DNA of 61,464 nt, filler included, from Diploschistes diacapsis (lineage: Eukaryota), in NCBI GenBank assembly GCA_023645945.1. It is 6 parts of 6 records of this genome, joined end to end, with 100 filler letters (N's around TTAATTAATTAA, not from the genome) between each part and the next. Parts side by side here need not be neighbours in the genome. Positions count along the whole stretch, not along the records: positions 51,360 to 61,464 come from JALAIB010000960.1; 5 more parts are not named here. One strand, written 5' to 3'. Below the pieces are notes generated by a model, which saw nothing but the letters and a program-made list of their open reading frames with translations, ran no database searches and was not told where the DNA came from. Of this stretch, positions 55,753 to 61,464 are shown piece after piece (positions within the stretch are counted from its first letter, which is position 1; each line of letters begins with the position of its first letter). The position numbers and the translations under genes are program-made.

Positions 55753-56615
55753 ATGGCGGCAATCATCCATTTCCTCATTAATCATGCGGCGCCTATCTTG
55801 TAAATCTGCGACTTCAATAACCCGCGAACCAATGTGCTCACGTTAGACTAATTGCTGCTAGCCTCGTCGCCTCTCCCGTAACCTCCTACGCCGACCAAAT
55901 CCTCAGCATGCACCGCACCCGCTCCTCCGCTGGCTTCAGCCTCGATATCCCCCTGATCATGCTCACCGCCTCCATCCTAAAGATCTTCTACTGGCCCGGC
56001 GCCCGCTTCGACCGCGCCCTCCTCGTGCAAGCCCTCGTCATGCTCGTCGTACAGTCCATCCTGCTCAAAGTCGCGCTCGACAACCGGCCCACACCGCTGC
56101 GGCCACAGGGCATCGAGATGAAGAGCATGAGCGGGGCCAGGAGCCCGATGCTGACGCCGCGCGAAGCGAGCTTCGAGACGCAAAGCACGTCGTGGAGGCC
56201 GTACAATTTCTGGCGGTGGCGAGACCAGCAGGCGTACTGGAACTTCCTGCTCACTCTCACGCTCGGCTTGTCTGCGCTGCACATCCTCTTGCGGCCGTCG
56301 CCGGAAAGTGCGGGGCTTTACACCACGCTCCTCGGCGCCGCGGGGCTCGGCATCGAGGCCGTGCTGCCCATCCCGCAGATGTTGACCAATTACTCGTCGC
56401 AGTCGTGTCGGGGTTTCAGGCTTAGTGTGCTGGCGAACTGGCTGTTCGGAGATGCGATGAAGATGGGCTTCTTCTTTTGGAGTTCGCCGGGCAAGATTCC
56501 GTGGGCTTTCAAGGCTTGTGGTGTCTTCCAGGCGTGCTGTGATCTTGGACTGGGAGCACAGTATTGGATGTATGGCGAGGGGCTTGGCGAAGAGGCTTTT
56601 GCGCATTTGGCATAG
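55753..56615 (+). CDS. ANY1: PQ-loop membrane protein of the Any1/PQLC1 type; intron 55800-55861
   Basis: SPVTSYADQI..GFSLDIPLIML..SILKIFYW, RPYNFWRW, and IEAVLPIPQ..NY...SCRGFRLSVLANWLFGDAMK. Confidence 0.82.
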
Positions 56616-56832
56616 ATGACTGAATTGATATAAAGGAACGGAAGTGGCCGGCTATTGTGCTCATAGATTATGGCGATATCATGTGGTTGCTAAAGCGTCT
56701 TAGGAATGCTTCAACACCTTGACAACTGTGTCTGCATGAAAGGGAACTTGATCTGAGCAAATCGATGAGTTCGTGAAAAACTGAGGAGCTGGTCCATCAT
56801 GCAATATCGAACCCACATATATATATCTATTA

Positions 56833-59826
56833 TTACACGTCTCCAGCAAAATTTATGTCCCATGAAAGCCCGACACCGAGGCCCGGATTCTGTACAACAG
56901 CCCATGCTGCCTTTTTACCCTCCGCTTTATGCCAGCTAAGGCCCGCACTCTTCTGCTGTTTCGCACCGTGCACATTGACTAAAACGTTACTCTTGTCTTT
57001 CCATGACTCGGGTGCTCCAACGACGATCAACTTTTCGATCCCAACCTTTGACATGGTCTTCAAGAAATCGTTGGTCTTCTTTTGCGGAATCATGGTGCTT
57101 TCTGAGGTCAACTTCATAGTCTCTGACTTGAAGCTGAAATGGCGGTGAATATAGGCTCCGTCCTTGAAATCGAAGCTTTCGCCGTCGTCCACAAACAGGT
57201 CTCCCTCAGCATTCCCTGCACTATCAAGCACAATGATCAGAGTGTAAGGATCCCATCTCATGAGACTGCTGCTTCGGCGAGGCCGATCTTTTCGGGGAAA
57301 TATATGGCCGCCTTGCATGAGAAGCGTGATCTTGTCCAGCGGAGCGGCAAGGGTATGCGTTTTGCCGGCGCCGGAGAAGGCAGTGAAGTCAAAATAATCG
57401 TAATAAGTCTCAGAGTCAGCAATGTAGACATCAACGGTCTCTGCCCCTTCCTTTGTCACGGGTTTGGCTAGAAGTCCAGTCGAGCCTATATACAACTGAT
57501 CATCGACAGCGAACCCTTTCTCATCTGTTGGATGAATAAAGAAGTTCGGTCTGACTATGGGCTGCCCTGTAATATAGGATTCCCAGAAGGCCGTGTACCA
57601 TACAGGTAGCAGTGAGTAACGAAGTCGAAGAGCCTTGGTGATTATACTCTTGTAAGGCTCCGAAGAGAGGTATGGCTCGCGTCGTCGGGTGTCGATATGT
57701 GCGTGAGCTCTGAAGAAGGGGTAGAAGATACCAGCCTGGTACCATCGGGTCAATAATTCTGGGGTCGGATTACCGAAGAATCCTCCAACATCCGCACCTG
57801 CAAACGGATATCCGGCTATGTTTTGTGCCAGAACCATAGGGATGGATGCAAAAAGATGGGACCATTCCGCGAGGTTGTCGCCAGTCCACATCGCGCTCAA
57901 GCGCTGAGAGCCCGCAAAAAAAGACCTCGTCAAGGCAAACGGTCGCCTTGCGCCTTTGTCTCGAGCAACAAGGGCTTCAATTGTCGCATTGTGAAACGTC
58001 ATGCCATTGATGTTGTGAATATCACGGTGTTCCCAACCGTCGTGGAAGATGTTGTCTTTGGGCATTGTCATTTCCGGTCCATTGAAGACTGAGGGCTCGT
58101 TCATGTCATTCCAAACCCACATGTTCGTAGCAGAGCCCTTGAAAGAAGCGTAATCCAGGAGACTGCTGAACCACTTCCGAGCGGCTGGATTGAAGCAGTC
58201 AATCCAGTGAGAATTACCCGGCCAACACCAACCTTGGTAAATCTTATCGTCTTTGTCTTTGACAGCAAGCTCCTTGGATTTCAAGCCCTCAGAAACGTGG
58301 TAGCCATCTTCGTTCTTGTAATGCGGATCAATAATGCCCACGAGCTTTCTCTCATGCTCAGCAAGCTGCTTCTGCATTCCGATAGGGTCTGCGAAGGATT
58401 GCGAATCCCAGGTGAAATATTTTTTACCCTCAGTATACTCAATGTCAAGCCAAATGACATCGTATGGAATACTGTTCTTGTCAAACTTACGGTCCACATC
58501 CTTGACATCCTCGTCTGTAACATAATTCCATCTGCATTGATGATATGCAAGTGCAAATTGCGGTGGCAAAGCTTGTGTTCCTGTAAGCCCTGAATAGGTT
58601 TTGAGCACATCTTTAGGCGTGGGTCCAAGAAACACGAAGACGTCAAGAACACCACTTTCAGAGATCCAGTGCGTCTCGGTGTCAACACTGCTTGAGATAC
58701 CCAGGCTTAGGGGATTGCTGGATCGCTTAGCCTTAATAATATCAACCCAGGTCTCGGCACCGTTCAGCCAGAATACCCCAACAGTGGAGTCCTTCCGATG
58801 AGCTTGCATAAACGGGATGGCTCCGTAAAGGGTCATGGGGCTGTCCATTTCGTACTCGAAGACATCACAGTTGTACAATCGGTAAGGCTGATCATAATTC
58901 CCGCTTCCGCCCCTGGTCTCCTTGAGTGAAAGCGGTCCTGCATGCTCTGGTATACCATATACGTGCTGATACCCCGGGAAAGAGATATCAAGCGCGACGC
59001 TTTCTGGGCCACGCGGCTTTGAATCTGTGTTTCCCCCAAAGGACTCTTCCCACCACGTGCTCTCGTCTACCGTATTCTCTGCTGCCACTGCTTCGGAAGG
59101 CTTGGCCTCTTCCCCTTCTCCGGTCTCCTCACTTTTCTCTTCAATCTTCTTTTCGATCTTGGGCCGCCAATGCTCAATGTTCATTAGCCCTTTCCCATTG
59201 AATTTGACTTGGACCCGACCGTCCCGAATGAACTCAATTCGGAATGGTTTGTGGAATATGTTTGCCTGGTAGGTACCGTCTGGTCCATATTTCACAGTTG
59301 TATGGTCTTTCTCGGATTCTATCAACTGGCTTTTTCCAGGCTCTAGACCGCCAACAATAGCCCATTTCGCTGCTTCGTTGTATCGTTCCTTGCGGATGTT
59401 TCTTCCATGCCTCAGCTCTATTTCCCCCTTTCGCCGCTTTTCCTCGTCCAACTCAATCCGGGCAGCCCCCGACTTGAGAAAACTTATAGACAGCGGCAGC
59501 CGCACGGACTCGTTGGAACCGTCAATGGACTTTAGAATCGTCGCCGAAATCGATCCGTCTTTGACGCTAATGCTAGGTACGTCCACCCAATATGGTGAAG
59601 CCCACGACGAACCTTGAGCTGCTGCAGTATCTGCGTAGTCTCTGTTTCGTTTGCAGAAGCCGGACTGGTCACATCTTTTGAAATCGCCATGCTTTACCGT
59701 GACTGTAATTCAACCGTCAGACACTAGCAGCATAGTAGAGGGAATCTATCACTTACCAACGGACGTAAATAGAGAAAGGAGGGCTCCTGCAAGCAGAAGA
59801 AGACGTGCCCACCGGGGTTCAGCCAT
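56833..59826 (-). CDS. GLS2: ER glucosidase II alpha subunit (GH31); intron 59703-59756
   Basis: Signal-peptide exon MAEPRWARLLLLAGALLSLF, then FKRCDQSGFCKRNR, YHQCRWNY, IWLDIEY, catalytic WNDMNEPSVF, WTGDN, GADVGGFFGNP and FFRAHAHIDTRRREP. Confidence 0.96.
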
Positions 59827-60215
59827 GCGTAGGACTATCTCGCTCCTAGACTTTCCCACAGAAAGCAATGGCAATTACATGGGCAGTGCAATGGGTTATC
59901 AAATCGAGGCCAAATAGCTCTTGTCGGCTAACCCAAACAAAGCGGGTGAGGAAAGGAGAAACTGTTCCGCCGTTGAGCCAGCATCGTTGGGCCCTTTTGA
60001 AGTCCAGTTTTAAGCGTGTTACTGGGGCTTGCCCTTCCCCTCTATGCAATCTAGATCTGCCCCACCAAGCTCCTTTTCCTCCCACAGCCTGAGCCATGTC
60101 CGGAGAATCCCAACATCCACCAATTTGGGATAAAGTCAGTGCGAAGACTCGTGGCTATCTAGCTCAAGCACAAAAACACAGAGAAGAGAGCCAACAAGAG
60201 GGGCAAGCATTAACT
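59827..60215. promoter_or_regulatory. Short intergenic region (389 bp) between divergent GLS2 and NDK1; probable bidirectional promoter
   Basis: Head-to-head ATGs at 59826 (-) and 60216 (+). Promoter function is inferred from geometry only. Confidence 0.5.
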
Positions 60216-60984
60216 ATGTCGGCTTCTGAACAGACGTGAGCCTTGTACTGCGACACTACGGTAGGGACGACGCTGAAGTGGAAACAGCTTTATTGCTATT
60301 AAGCCTGATGGTGTTCAGGTATGCCTTGGTTCAACAAGCTCGTTAATTGAGCAAGGCATTGATGATAATCATAGCGTGGGCTCGTCGGAGATATCATCTC
60401 CCGCTTTGAGAAAAGAGGGTATGCCATTGTGCTCAGCATTGCATGTTAGGAAGCTCACCGTCGAACCCAGATACAAGCTTGCCGCCATGAAGTTTGTTGC
60501 CCCTTCCAAAGAGCACATCGAGAAGCACTATGAAGACCTGTCAGACAAGCCCTTTTACAAGGGTCTAGTTACTTGTCAGTACCAATCCTGAAGCCTTTCA
60601 TGATTGCCGCACTCACACCCCAGTACAGATATGCTGAGCGGTCCTATTCTGGCTATGGTTTGGGAGGGGCGTGATGCCGTCAAGACTGGCCGCAGTGAGT
60701 TCCTAGGACGGAGATTTTGACTTCGCTTAACCAGGAATAGCTCTTCTCGGGGCCACTAACCCATTGGCCAGTGCTCCGGGCACGATTCGTGGTGACTATG
60801 CTATTGTAAGGAACAGTCTCTATCTCGTAGCATTATTGACAAAACCTAGGACGTCGGCCGAAATGTTTGCCACGGCTCGGACAGTGTCGAGAACGCAAAG
60901 AAAGAGATTAGCCTGTGGTTCAAGGGCGACGAAGTAATCAGCTGGAAGTCCACCACATTCGACTGGATCTATGAGAAGCCATAG
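60216..60984 (+). CDS. NDK1: Nucleoside diphosphate kinase, 7 exons (mostly missed by the ORF track)
   Basis: Removing six GT-AG introns gives [35 protein letters not shown]...[43 protein letters not shown]...DWIYEKP*, with the catalytic HGSD motif. Confidence 0.97.
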
Positions 60985-61464
60985 ATGAGGATCGCTGAAA
61001 AATGGGGCTCGGACTCTGGCCGGGAGAAGAGAAAATGCGAGACGAGAAAAGTCCTTAGAAAGGTTGCGAAGTTATGGCGATAATATGCCGCTCATGCATC
61101 TGCATTCGAGTCCTTCCAAATGCCCACACGTGGCCGATTGCTTTGTGTGCATTATCTGCCAAATTCTTTCGATTTTCCTGGCTTCAATCTTCCCAGTCCC
61201 CTTTTCGTGAGATTCCCAATGGGTATCACAGCAACTCTTGCGAACCAAGGGGTAGCCCAAGCCGAAAATATGAGCCTTGGGATAATGAGTGCCTTGACAA
61301 CTGCATATGCCGTAGCAATCCTAAAGCTATCAGTACCTGTCCCCTCTCCAGAAGTCCATGTCCCATGAATCTAAGAGAAAAAAAAACTCACTCCACCAAC
61401 CACCTCGCCCCCCGCTCCCCACCTCTCCACAACCTCGTCCTCCTCTCCTTCCCCACCTTCCTCC

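Overview
Eukaryotic DNA from a filamentous ascomycete (Pezizomycotina), judged by short GT-AG introns with CTRAC branch sites, a Zn2Cys6 factor, Pex14/17, DUF6594 and DUF3176. It is not one locus. Six contigs of 10191, 10181, 10178, 10167, 10142 and 10105 bp, in descending size order, are joined by five identical artificial 100-bp linkers (44 N + TTAATTAATTAA + 44 N), so neighbourhoods across linkers carry no meaning. Intact or end-truncated genes: DUF6594 protein, IES2, PEX14/17 (3' partial), ABCC transporter (5' partial), ABCA transporter, NmrA/CipA-like oxidoreductase, NIC96 (3' partial), Zn2Cys6 factor, RSP5, PAB2, CCZ1, ANY1-like PQ-loop protein, glucosidase II alpha and NDK1. Four pseudogenes that the ORF track shows only as fragments can be reconstructed: DUF3176, a short-chain dehydrogenase, a Thr/Cys-rich protein and a GT90 glycosyltransferase. 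The most notable signals are a predicted 2-nt microexon inside the zinc cluster, a PIF/Harbinger (Tourist)-like terminus at a contig end, and frequent decay of accessory genes beside intact core genes. I found no convincing novel multi-gene system. All calls come from reading motifs and splice sites by eye; no searches were run.
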